Shown here: positions 55,852-64,000 of the stretch, one piece after another
How the letters are laid out: each line of letters opens with the position of its first letter
How positions within the stretch are numbered: position 1 is the first letter of the stretch
Position numbers and translations under genes: made by a program
The notes under the pieces: generated by a model
Databases searched by the model: none
Told to the model about the DNA's origin: nothing
What the model saw: only the letters and a program-made list of their open reading frames with translations
Virus record (IMG/VR): IMGVR_UViG_3300031994_000015
Span: 30,276 to 94,275 of that record
Strand: one strand, 5' to 3'
Source: a virus
Lineage: Duplodnaviria; Heunggongvirae; Uroviricota; Caudoviricetes
Length of the DNA stretch: 64,000 nt

Positions 55852-56441
55852 AAGTAATATTTCTTGATTTTGATGGTGTTATAACAATTCCACCAAAATG
55901 GCGAATAGAACTTGAAAAACTCAAATGGATTAAGAAAATAGTAGATGAGACAAGTGCCAAGATTGTTGTTTCATCATCTTGGCGTAGTAATTCTGTTGAA
56001 AAAACTAAATATATTATATCAGAAGAAAGGCCAAAAAGATGTCCTAAATCAAAGATGATGTCATGGTTCATTGATAATATATATGATGTTACACCTTGGG
56101 TAGGATTAGGAAATGGGCGTGGTGGAGAGATACAAAAATGGCTTAATGAACATCCTGATGTGGAAAACTATGTTATAATAGATGATGATGGAGATATGTG
56201 GGATTCACAACTTTATCATTTTGTGCAAACAAATTATGAACATGGTATAGGAGAATCAGAAGCAATATATGCAATTAAAATACTCAATGGATTATTCATC
56301 CATAATTGTTTAGGTTTAAATTTTACATTAAGAAATGAATATCTAAAGAAATGTGAAGGTTTACCTAATAAATCAGAAGAATTGTCTAATAAATATAATG
56401 ACTTAAAACAAGATTTCCATTTTAGATATGAAAAAAAATGA
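55848..56441 (+). CDS. HAD phosphatase, HAD_SAK_2-like (RNA-repair associated)
   Basis: IFLDFDGV, IVVSSSWR, RGGEIQKWL, YVIIDDD. Confidence 0.8.
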   Translation: MKVIFLDFDGVITIPPKWRIELEKLKWIKKIVDETSAKIVVSSSWRSNSVEKTKYIISEERPKRCPKSKMMSWFIDNIYDVTPWVGLGNGRGGEIQKWLNEHPDVENYVIIDDDGDMWDSQLYHFVQTNYEHGIGESEAIYAIKILNGLFIHNCLGLNFTLRNEYLKKCEGLPNKSEELSNKYNDLKQDFHFRYEKK

Positions 56442-56901
56442 ATATATTGGCCAAGAAGTTGAGGCTGGAGGAAAATTAACAAGAGTTCATGGTATTATTA
56501 TCGATGTATTGAAAGATAAGGAAGACGAAAGTCAAGAATGGTATAGAGTATATGAAGATTCAGGAAATGTATCATTGTGGGATTTTAATGAATTGACTTT
56601 TGTATCTCCTTCACCATTACGTAATGAATCGTGGGAAGAGAAAGTTCAAAATCTCCAAAGGAATTCAAGTAAACCAAAAGAAGATTGTGAGAAGTTTATA
56701 GACTTTGTAGCTGACTATTTATCTTCTTGTGGATATTTTCATGCTGATTATAATATACATGGAATATTCCCTAAAGATTACCCTAAATACAGAGATAAAT
56801 GTTTCGGTACTTGGCTTTTAGATATGGCTCTTCAATATAATATGGAAATAGGATTAGAGTATCAATGTAATTTTATTAGAGATAGACATGAAAATCAATG
56901 A
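56428..56901 (+). CDS. hypothetical protein
   Basis: ORF track. Confidence 0.7.
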   Translation: MKKNEYIGQEVEAGGKLTRVHGIIIDVLKDKEDESQEWYRVYEDSGNVSLWDFNELTFVSPSPLRNESWEEKVQNLQRNSSKPKEDCEKFIDFVADYLSSCGYFHADYNIHGIFPKDYPKYRDKCFGTWLLDMALQYNMEIGLEYQCNFIRDRHENQ

Positions 56902-57334
56902 TTATAAAGTTGGATATTCTTTTGAAATAGATTGTGCAAAGGGTTTTAGAAAAATAAATGGAGAACCTACTAAGCAAATCATATATGATAGTTTTGGCAT
57001 AAAGAAAGAACTTGCATATATGTGGGCTAGAAAACCCGAAGATATTATCAAAGTTAAAGTAACAATTATTGAAGAAGATGTTCTAATTAATGAATTGTTT
57101 CAAAATAAAAATTATGATGATAATTCTATAGATTATTTTGGTTGGGTGGATTTTGAAAAATTTTATGAAGACAATCAATATGATATTCAAATGATCTTTC
57201 CTAATATTAAACAATACTTTATATGTTTTCCTTATGGCCCTGATAGTGTTAGATTTTGGCAAACAGATTTAGGACCACATAAAAAAGGAGATCGTAAAGG
57301 AATGACAGTTAGATTAAAAATTGAAGAGTTATGA
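56888..57334 (+). CDS. hypothetical protein
   Basis: ORF track. Confidence 0.7.
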   Translation: MKINDYKVGYSFEIDCAKGFRKINGEPTKQIIYDSFGIKKELAYMWARKPEDIIKVKVTIIEEDVLINELFQNKNYDDNSIDYFGWVDFEKFYEDNQYDIQMIFPNIKQYFICFPYGPDSVRFWQTDLGPHKKGDRKGMTVRLKIEEL

Positions 57335-57507
57335 GTAAACAATTTAGAATTAGGAAATATCTCAGAAATAAATATAAGATAAGTGATAATGATTTAGATT
57401 GGTATATGATGCAAAAACACCATTTAGATCATAAACCAACTAGAGAAGAATTATTTAAATTAGAACCTGTATTTATAACTTATGGATATAATATTCTTAG
57501 ATATTGA
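57331..57507 (+). CDS. small hypothetical protein (58 aa)
   Basis: manually translated; ATGA overlap. Confidence 0.5.
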   Translation: MSKQFRIRKYLRNKYKISDNDLDWYMMQKHHLDHKPTREELFKLEPVFITYGYNILRY

Positions 57508-57991
57508 TGGAGTTTTCAATTCCGAAAGATTAGTAGATAAAATGATCTCTCAAGGGTATACAGATGCCCAATATGATTTCATTGATACTGAAGAATTAGA
57601 AAATTTCATTCAATTTATAGATGCAAATGATATAGGTATAGTCATAACATCATGTTGGCGAATAGGTGGATATAAAGAAACATGTGAGTATTTTGAAAAA
57701 ACTTTAATGGCACCTATTATTCCTTACATTGTAGGAGTAACGCCAAGGTCACAATCAGGTTTTAGAGGTACGGAAATAGAATTTTTCATATATGCAAATG
57801 ATGTCGAACACGAATCATATAAATATTTAATGAAAGATAATAAATATATCTATATAGAAGAGTATTGTATAATAGATGATGATAATGATATGACTGAAGA
57901 GCAATTAGAATCTCATTTTGTACAAACAAATTATGAAGTTGGATTAACTAAAGAACTTTATCCTCTAATTACCAAAAAGTTAAGACTATAA
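57482..57991 (+). CDS. HAD phosphatase, HAD_SAK_2-like (second copy)
   Basis: IFLDIDGV, IVITSCWR, RGTEI, YCIIDDD. Confidence 0.8.
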   Translation: MDIIFLDIDGVFNSERLVDKMISQGYTDAQYDFIDTEELENFIQFIDANDIGIVITSCWRIGGYKETCEYFEKTLMAPIIPYIVGVTPRSQSGFRGTEIEFFIYANDVEHESYKYLMKDNKYIYIEEYCIIDDDNDMTEEQLESHFVQTNYEVGLTKELYPLITKKLRL

Positions 57992-58014
57992 ATGGAAGCT
58001 TTTAGCTTCCATTT
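57990..58014. terminator. bidirectional terminator
   Basis: AAATGGAAGCT/AGCTTCCATTT between convergent genes. Confidence 0.75.
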
Positions 58015-58022
58015 GTTGTTTA

Positions 58023-58898
58023 TTATACTCCAAAATATCCAAGATAAGATAAGAATATATTTTCCAAATCTAATATTCTTTGTTCCACTTGTGACATTCT
58101 ATTTTCTAATTGATATATTCTTTGACTTAAATTACTTTCTGTATTTATAGTTATACTAGCACTAAATATATCTACATATTGTTTCAAGCAAGAGAATCTT
58201 ATATACGCTGCATTAGATGGTACATTAATTGTATCTAACTCATATCCTATAGCTGAGCCATTACCTTTTAAAGGTTCACCTGATATAGCAACTTTATTAG
58301 AATCATAGAAGCATAACCCAATTCCTATACCACTTTGTGGAGCAGTGTGAATCGATCTAGTATACGTAATAACAGGATTTTTGCCGATATAATTTGATAT
58401 ATTAACATAGTCTGTATATTGACAAAGAGATTCAGAAGAAATAGTGCCTATTGGACCAGAACTAGTTGTTTTTGATCGTATTGCACCAACCCCTAAAAAA
58501 TTAACATCTAAATTATTTATTATTATAGGTAAATTAACCCATGATGGTTCTCCACTACCATTTGACATTAAATATTGGCCATGAATACCACCGGATGTTG
58601 GTGCATATATTGTACCAAGATCAGTAGAACCACCACCCTTTATAGTACTATTTAATGTAAGCTTATAAGTAGTATCTGTAAATACAGCTGTAGATGGAAC
58701 TGATTTACTTAATGTATATGTTGTTTTTGCAAATGTTCCATCTGCTTTAAGATAAATCGGATTTTTTGTGGAACCTATTGCCGCAGATACATTCATTGAA
58801 TCTGCCCTATCGGCATATTGTACTCCTAATGGGTATGTTTTTCCATTTAATGTAAGTGATTTAATAGTATTTTCAATTGAATCTGACGTATAAGCCAT
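58023..58898 (-). CDS. tail-fibre/virion structural-like protein
   Basis: S/T/G-rich, TDTTY, APTSGG..GQYLMSNGSGEPSW, C-terminal coiled coil. Confidence 0.55.
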   Translation of the reverse strand: MAYTSDSIENTIKSLTLNGKTYPLGVQYADRADSMNVSAAIGSTKNPIYLKADGTFAKTTYTLSKSVPSTAVFTDTTYKLTLNSTIKGGGSTDLGTIYAPTSGGIHGQYLMSNGSGEPSWVNLPIIINNLDVNFLGVGAIRSKTTSSGPIGTISSESLCQYTDYVNISNYIGKNPVITYTRSIHTAPQSGIGIGLCFYDSNKVAISGEPLKGNGSAIGYELDTINVPSNAAYIRFSCLKQYVDIFSASITINTESNLSQRIYQLENRMSQVEQRILDLENIFLSYLGYFGV

Positions 58899-58960
58899 GA
58901 CTTATTTATCTAATAAATTTATTTGCTTTTATAAAAATAAACATATTTATTAAATTTATA

Positions 58961-58988
58961 TTGAATTTTTTTGAATAAATTCTATATT
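58961..58988 (+). promoter_or_regulatory. TTGAA-N16-CTATATT promoter motif
   Basis: exact copy. Confidence 0.75.
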
Positions 58989-59017
58989 ATATTTGTAAAA
59001 ATCAAATAACAAATAAT

Positions 59018-59404
59018 ATGACATTTCTTGAAATATTTGAAGAGTTTAAAAGTCATTCCTATATTAGACGAGCAAGTTGGTCTAAAAATACATTTGTTCA
59101 GTTAAGAAGTACTGCAAATTTAATTCGTCTCGTTTATTTTGAAATGGGTAAAACTCCAGATACTTTGGATAATGATGTACGATTGACGGCTGAAGATTTG
59201 CTTGCTGATGATTGGATTGATATTGATGATTTGATGCCGAAGCCATCAAAAAAGCCTGAAACACTTTGGGAATATATAGATACTCTTAAAGATGGTTCTG
59301 ATGAATGGCGTATAGCAATTGATCTTGGGAGGAAATATTATAAAGAAGGTAAAAACCCAGATGAATATATTGAAGAAATAATTGAGAAAGTAAATAAGAA
59401 ATAA
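59018..59404 (+). CDS. Tad2/DUF2829-like anti-defence sponge protein with C-terminal extension
   Basis: MTF.E.....K....RRASW...F ... DLLADDW pattern in first ~70 aa. Confidence 0.6.
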   Translation: MTFLEIFEEFKSHSYIRRASWSKNTFVQLRSTANLIRLVYFEMGKTPDTLDNDVRLTAEDLLADDWIDIDDLMPKPSKKPETLWEYIDTLKDGSDEWRIAIDLGRKYYKEGKNPDEYIEEIIEKVNKK

Positions 59405-59473
59405 GATGTTCTGCTACTGAGCTAATAGGATCGAAACAAATTTAGTAGTAAAAACATTAAAATTTTAAAAATT

Positions 59474-60334
59474 ATGGGAAAACAGAAAAGAAGTGAGAAC
59501 ACTTATCAGAAGATTAACACTATCTTCATGCGTGATGCAAAGAATGTAATTATGCCATTTGAGCCATTTGTTGAGCCTGAGTTCAACTATCTCCGTGGAT
59601 TACAGTGGCGTGGTGAAGAGAAGATTGATGGCACTAACATGCGTATTGAGGTCACCAAGGAAGAGGTTTGGGATGATCCAATGGAGCCATGTAAGCTTGA
59701 AGGTGTAAAGTTCAATGTACGTATTGCTGGTAAGACTGACAATGCTCAGATTCCAAAGAACTTGCTTAAGCACATGCAGGAGAAATATCCTGATGAGAAG
59801 GTACTTGCAGCACTTGGTCTTAAGGAATTTATTCCTGTAGATGAGTGGGAGTCAGAGCACAATTGGCTTACTTATGAGCAGATTCCTAATATCTACACTA
59901 TCTATGGTGAAGGTTATGGTGAAGGAATTCAGTCAGGTGGTTGGTATATCAAGGGTGGAAATGAGTTTATCGTTTTTGATGTCAAGGTAAATGATATTTA
60001 TCTTTTGACTACTGCCCGTGATGAGATTGCAACTAAACTTGGTGCACCTATTGTACCTCTTGTAGGTTACTTCACCCTTGATGAGGCCATTGATTTTGTT
60101 CGTAAGGGTTTCCGTTCTAAGGTAGCACAGAATCCTGATGCAAAGATGGCAGAAGGTCTTGTACTTCGTCCTGCTTTTGGTCTAAAGAACCGTATGGGAA
60201 AGAGACTTATTGTAAAGGTTAAGTATGAAGACTTCCAGAAGTATCGTCAGGTTTATGGAACTGATGAAAAGGTAGATCAGCCAGTAAATGAAAATTACAA
60301 GGGTGACAAACTTGGTTATGCATTTACTTGGTAA
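59474..60334 (+). CDS. ATP-dependent RNA ligase (Rnl2-like)
   Basis: EKIDGTN (KxDG), YGEGYG, FIVFDV, EGLVLRP, IVKVK nucleotidyltransferase motifs. Confidence 0.85.
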   Translation: MGKQKRSENTYQKINTIFMRDAKNVIMPFEPFVEPEFNYLRGLQWRGEEKIDGTNMRIEVTKEEVWDDPMEPCKLEGVKFNVRIAGKTDNAQIPKNLLKHMQEKYPDEKVLAALGLKEFIPVDEWESEHNWLTYEQIPNIYTIYGEGYGEGIQSGGWYIKGGNEFIVFDVKVNDIYLLTTARDEIATKLGAPIVPLVGYFTLDEAIDFVRKGFRSKVAQNPDAKMAEGLVLRPAFGLKNRMGKRLIVKVKYEDFQKYRQVYGTDEKVDQPVNENYKGDKLGYAFTW

Positions 60335-60404
60335 ATAATACAGTCAGCCAGGGAGACTCTAAAATCATCCTCTGATGAGACCTGGACGAAAATATATTCC
60401 CCTG

Positions 60405-60438
60405 AATCCACTTGCTTGTGAAAGTAGGTGGATTTTTT
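60405..60438 (+). terminator. intrinsic terminator
   Basis: AATCCACTTGCTT/AAGTAGGTGGATT stem plus T run. Confidence 0.8.
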
Positions 60439-60448
60439 ATTATTTTAT

Positions 60449-60476
60449 TTGAATTTTTTATATATTATTCTATATT
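60449..60476 (+). promoter_or_regulatory. TTGAA-N16-CTATATT promoter motif
   Basis: exact copy. Confidence 0.75.
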
Positions 60477-60500
60477 ATATTGTAACAAATATATAGAATT

Positions 60501-61256
60501 ATGGCAATCACAGCAATTGGTTTCGCAAATAAGTATTACACTCTTTGGAATATCACTGAGGAATCAAAACCTCTTGGTAATGGTTGTAATTATATAGTAA
60601 CCCACTACAATTATATCAAGAATATTTCATTTGATAAGGAAACTGCTTTGGCTAAATATCCTGAAGCTATTCTTGATGAGAATCTTCGTGGTAAGACAAT
60701 TTCTTGGGAATCAACGAAGGAAGTTTGGGATAATGTTGATGTGTTTAGGTTTGGTAAATATAAATACCAAAATATTGAAGAGATTAATGATCTGAATTAT
60801 ACTGCTTGGTATTGGGATCAAGTTGATGGAGATCATAAGATATTTATCTCTGAGTTTCTTAAGAAAAATGGATATGAAATTCGCTGTTGGATTTCAGAAT
60901 TGGACGGCCAAAAGATTGCTCATCAATATCTTATGAGTCCTGAAGATCTTGAAGAAGAAAAAGAGAATAATAAAATAGCAAATATTCTTGAGGAAAAGCT
61001 GAATAATGAAGAAATAATTGAGTTTACCCCTGAATATAATCCTGATGAGGATGGTGACATTCGAATTGGAGATGTAATCTATCACTTCAATGAGGTTAAA
61101 GAGAATTGGTATAATGGATTTTACTATTATCTTCCTGTAATCAATGGAAAGCAAAAGAGAATCAAGAACAAGAAACTTACAATCACTAAATATACTTACT
61201 TAAGAAATGAGAATGTTATAACTATCAATATTGAAGAATTTAACATAAATAAGTAA
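60501..61256 (+). CDS. hypothetical protein
   Basis: 251 aa ORF after promoter; FGKYK motif. Confidence 0.8.
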   Translation: MAITAIGFANKYYTLWNITEESKPLGNGCNYIVTHYNYIKNISFDKETALAKYPEAILDENLRGKTISWESTKEVWDNVDVFRFGKYKYQNIEEINDLNYTAWYWDQVDGDHKIFISEFLKKNGYEIRCWISELDGQKIAHQYLMSPEDLEEEKENNKIANILEEKLNNEEIIEFTPEYNPDEDGDIRIGDVIYHFNEVKENWYNGFYYYLPVINGKQKRIKNKKLTITKYTYLRNENVITINIEEFNINK

Positions 61257-61263
61257 ACATACT

Positions 61264-61668
61264 ATGGCAAAAGAAGTTAAAGTAGACGAATATGGATATA
61301 TTCCTCGGTACCAAAATATGTCTTATGGTGGAGATGCAAAAATGTATAATGACTTACAAGACAAAATGTCAGCTCTATATTGCAAGTGGTATGGATCTGC
61401 TTATGGGTTGGATTCTGGAATGGTTGCATCTCTAAAAGAAGCAATTAAGAAGGGCAAGACTACTTTTACAGCTTGGAAGAGAGAATTTGAAGATAATGCA
61501 TACAAGGGAATTACCGGGCATACACTTACTGAAGAGCGTGAATTGAAGAAAAAGGAGAAAATTAAAGAGCAAAAACTTATTGATTCTGTATATAGCAAAA
61601 TATTGGAAGCACACATTACATTTACTAATACAGAATTTAATACACTAAATAAATTATTCAAGAAATGA
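61264..61668 (+). CDS. hypothetical protein
   Basis: ORF track. Confidence 0.75.
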   Translation: MAKEVKVDEYGYIPRYQNMSYGGDAKMYNDLQDKMSALYCKWYGSAYGLDSGMVASLKEAIKKGKTTFTAWKREFEDNAYKGITGHTLTEERELKKKEKIKEQKLIDSVYSKILEAHITFTNTEFNTLNKLFKK

Positions 61669-62018
61669 TTAATAGAGCAGAGAGAAGACGTCGTAAGCAA
61701 GTAATTTGGGATAGACGTGCCAAAATGTACTATCAAATGTGGCACATCCCAACAGTTCCTTGCAATCCTGAAGAATTACCTGTACATAATTATAGATGCA
61801 AGATAAATCATCGTTATTGGAGACCGGCTGAAAACTGGAAAGAATACCAAAAACTTGATCCTTCTATGCATCTTTATAAAAACACAGGTACAATATGGGA
61901 TCATGGATATTGGACCAAGTATGAAAGACGTAGATTGAATAAACAATCAAGGATGAATGCAAAACTCGATTTGAGAAATGGTGAAGAAATAGTTTATGAA
62001 AGAACAAACCTAAAATAA
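61665..62018 (+). CDS. basic hypothetical protein
   Basis: ATGA overlap; Arg-rich. Confidence 0.7.
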   Translation: MINRAERRRRKQVIWDRRAKMYYQMWHIPTVPCNPEELPVHNYRCKINHRYWRPAENWKEYQKLDPSMHLYKNTGTIWDHGYWTKYERRRLNKQSRMNAKLDLRNGEEIVYERTNLK

Positions 62019-62046
62019 AAGGAGAACTTATTAGTTCTCCTTTTTT
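62017..62046. terminator. bidirectional terminator
   Basis: AAAAGGAGAACT/AGTTCTCCTTTT. Confidence 0.8.
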
Positions 62047-62855
62047 GGTAACATATAACTATTATATTCTTGATAATTGTTTCCAAACATAAAGAATGGT
62101 GTCTTAATATCTTTGAATGAACAATTATTTTTGTTTTCTTGTAATTGCTTATTTAATTCTTTATAATTATTAATGGATTTTATATCTGTTCCTGTAATAA
62201 AATTTTCATTATAAATATTATAATCTGCATGGATATTATTATCATATTCACGCATCTTATTCATAACAACTTCTGTTTGTTCTTTAGAATTTGTATATAA
62301 ATCAAAATTACTACCTTTAGTTATAATATGAGTTTTTAATAATGGATATTTGTTTATCAAATGTTCATTTATTATTTTTTTAATATGGACCTTATCTTCC
62401 ATATTGTTTTTTAACATATTTACAAATTCTTGTGTTGTCAAACAATTATAAGATTTATTTTCTGATAATCCCATTTTATTCCAAAGATTTGGAGTAATAA
62501 CCTTATTATGATTTATATTTGTAAATTGTTTGTCAATAATATATTTTGATAATTTCTTGTAATTTGATTTCGTTATAAATACAGGGACTTCACACCAATC
62601 AGGATCAATTTTACAAATATCAAACAAATATTTGCCATTAACGTGTTGTAGTTTATATTCATTTAAGTTATATACATAGTTTGCATAAGGATTAAATGAA
62701 TATAATAAATTCTTAGCTTCTAAATAAGAATTAGCATAAATCACTATATAATTCTCTCGTTTAAGATTTTGATAGAATATATATAATGTACGTTGACCAT
62801 AAAGAAATGAAAAATCTTCAGGTTTTTGTGAATGATCTATTACTTCTCGCTTCAT
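62031..62855 (-). CDS. hypothetical protein
   Basis: ORF track, 274 aa. Confidence 0.75.
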   Translation of the reverse strand: MKREVIDHSQKPEDFSFLYGQRTLYIFYQNLKRENYIVIYANSYLEAKNLLYSFNPYANYVYNLNEYKLQHVNGKYLFDICKIDPDWCEVPVFITKSNYKKLSKYIIDKQFTNINHNKVITPNLWNKMGLSENKSYNCLTTQEFVNMLKNNMEDKVHIKKIINEHLINKYPLLKTHIITKGSNFDLYTNSKEQTEVVMNKMREYDNNIHADYNIYNENFITGTDIKSINNYKELNKQLQENKNNCSFKDIKTPFFMFGNNYQEYNSYMLPKKEN

Positions 62856-62867
62856 ATATATTATAAT

Positions 62868-63452
62868 TTATTTAAATTCATTAGTTACAAAATGCTTATA
62901 AAAGGTTAATATAAAATTTGATAAATATCTAAAAGATCTATCACCTCTATTATATAATTTTGTATTTTTAGAAATTCGTGATTGAGATTTTAATTTTTTA
63001 TATAAATCTTCATTTCCAAAAGTATCTATAATTTGTTTATAATGATTAAAATATGTGGCAGTTTTTATTAACCCATATTCATTATCAACTATATAAGATG
63101 AACTTACAAATAATATTTTGTTTTTCCAATCTTTATTATTTTGGATAAATTCAATTAATCTTTGTGCTCTATCTAGCCACCTTTCTCTAACTCTATCAAT
63201 AGTAGGGTAGTGGATAAACCAAATTTGAACAAGATTATCTAAAATAATATAATTATGTTGTTCTTGATTTAAAGGAAAAATCCCATTTTCTACTTTAATA
63301 TTCAAAAAATTTATCTTCTCAAAATTTTCTAATAATAAATTCCAATCTTTTGCAAAAATTGTACAACTTACAAAAGGATTATCATATTGATAATGTCTGT
63401 CTTTTTTATTTTGATAACAAAAAGCTCCTGCACATGAATTAGCTATTACCAT
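62868..63452 (-). CDS. DUF1919-like protein (polysaccharide-locus associated)
   Basis: IANSCAG...NPF...I.FIHY...W..RA.R pattern. Confidence 0.6.
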   Translation of the reverse strand: MVIANSCAGAFCYQNKKDRHYQYDNPFVSCTIFAKDWNLLLENFEKINFLNIKVENGIFPLNQEQHNYIILDNLVQIWFIHYPTIDRVRERWLDRAQRLIEFIQNNKDWKNKILFVSSSYIVDNEYGLIKTATYFNHYKQIIDTFGNEDLYKKLKSQSRISKNTKLYNRGDRSFRYLSNFILTFYKHFVTNEFK

Positions 63453-63482
63453 TTTCTTAAAATTATGTATAATTAATAATAA

Positions 63483-64000
63483 CTAATTAAAATCAATTTC
63501 AAGTTGATTATTCTTAGTTCCTAAATTCTCCGGCATATCATCTTCAATTTGAGCAAATATATTATCCTTTAATGCATTTGTATTTTCTTGCTTTCTCATA
63601 AATCTATCATTAGATTCATCAAGTTTAGAATAATCAAAATATCCAAATTGACTATGTATTACATTCATTAATTCTGGCTCTACATCAGATAATTGTAATT
63701 TTTCAGTATGTGGTAATTCTGGTAATTCTTCATCATCATTTTCGAGTTTATTAGTATCAATATTATCAATTAATTCAGAGAAGAATTCTTTTGTATTTCT
63801 ATTACCATATATATTTGCCAAATCCTCTTTTCTTTCCCAAATTAGTTCAAATGGTTTAATTGATATTTTTCCATTTTTTGGTCTTGAATGTACAATAATT
63901 ACATCAAATAATTCTTGCATCAAATCAAAAATATGCTCTAATAAATCAATATCATCAACAACAATATCTTTAATTGTATTTGCATATTTAGCTGCCCAAT
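63483..64000 (-). CDS. hypothetical protein, 5' part outside window
   Basis: frame of track ORF 63483..63923 appears open to the window edge. Confidence 0.55.
   Translation of the reverse strand, partial: WAAKYANTIKDIVVDDIDLLEHIFDLMQELFDVIIVHSRPKNGKISIKPFELIWERKEDLANIYGNRNTKEFFSELIDNIDTNKLENDDEELPELPHTEKLQLSDVEPELMNVIHSQFGYFDYSKLDESNDRFMRKQENTNALKDNIFAQIEDDMPENLGTKNNQLEIDFN

Noticed and set aside
1-64000. Stop-codon recoding (TAG to Gln) as in some gut megaphages
   Set aside because: Long genes on both strands are intact in the standard code and I found no gene split by TAG. TAG terminates a few ORFs (9935, 12174, 19367, 48440). Read-through at 48440 would give an ATGA overlap, but one case is not evidence.
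1-64000. CRISPR array, tRNA genes, integrase/transposase
   Set aside because: No regularly spaced repeat-spacer array. The only GGTTCGAATCC T-arm belongs to the tmRNA. No recombinase or transposase motifs were recognised.

Overview
64 kb of a very AT-rich large (jumbo-like) phage genome in standard genetic code. The host is probably Bacteroidota, inferred from AT-rich, mostly SD-less leaders and a BspA LRR gene. The + strand carries densely packed small early-type ORFs behind 13 exact copies of a TTGAA-N16-CTATATT promoter-like motif. It also carries a tmRNA with a 20-aa tag, a PncA/PncB/NadE NAD salvage set, ADP-ribosylglycohydrolase, a Tad2-like protein, DnaK/Hsp20/DnaJ, Ro60/TROVE, an RNA ligase, two HAD_SAK-type phosphatases, an M42 peptidase, an FNT channel, a radical SAM protein and a tandem glycosyltransferase pair. 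The - strand holds putative late islands. The most striking is a 31.8-37.3 kb array of 13 otherwise unrelated proteins sharing a ~10-aa N-terminal MK[DN][LI]xxx[IL]xE leader that resembles the T4 capsid-targeting sequence. All functional calls come from motif recognition by eye; no database searches were run.
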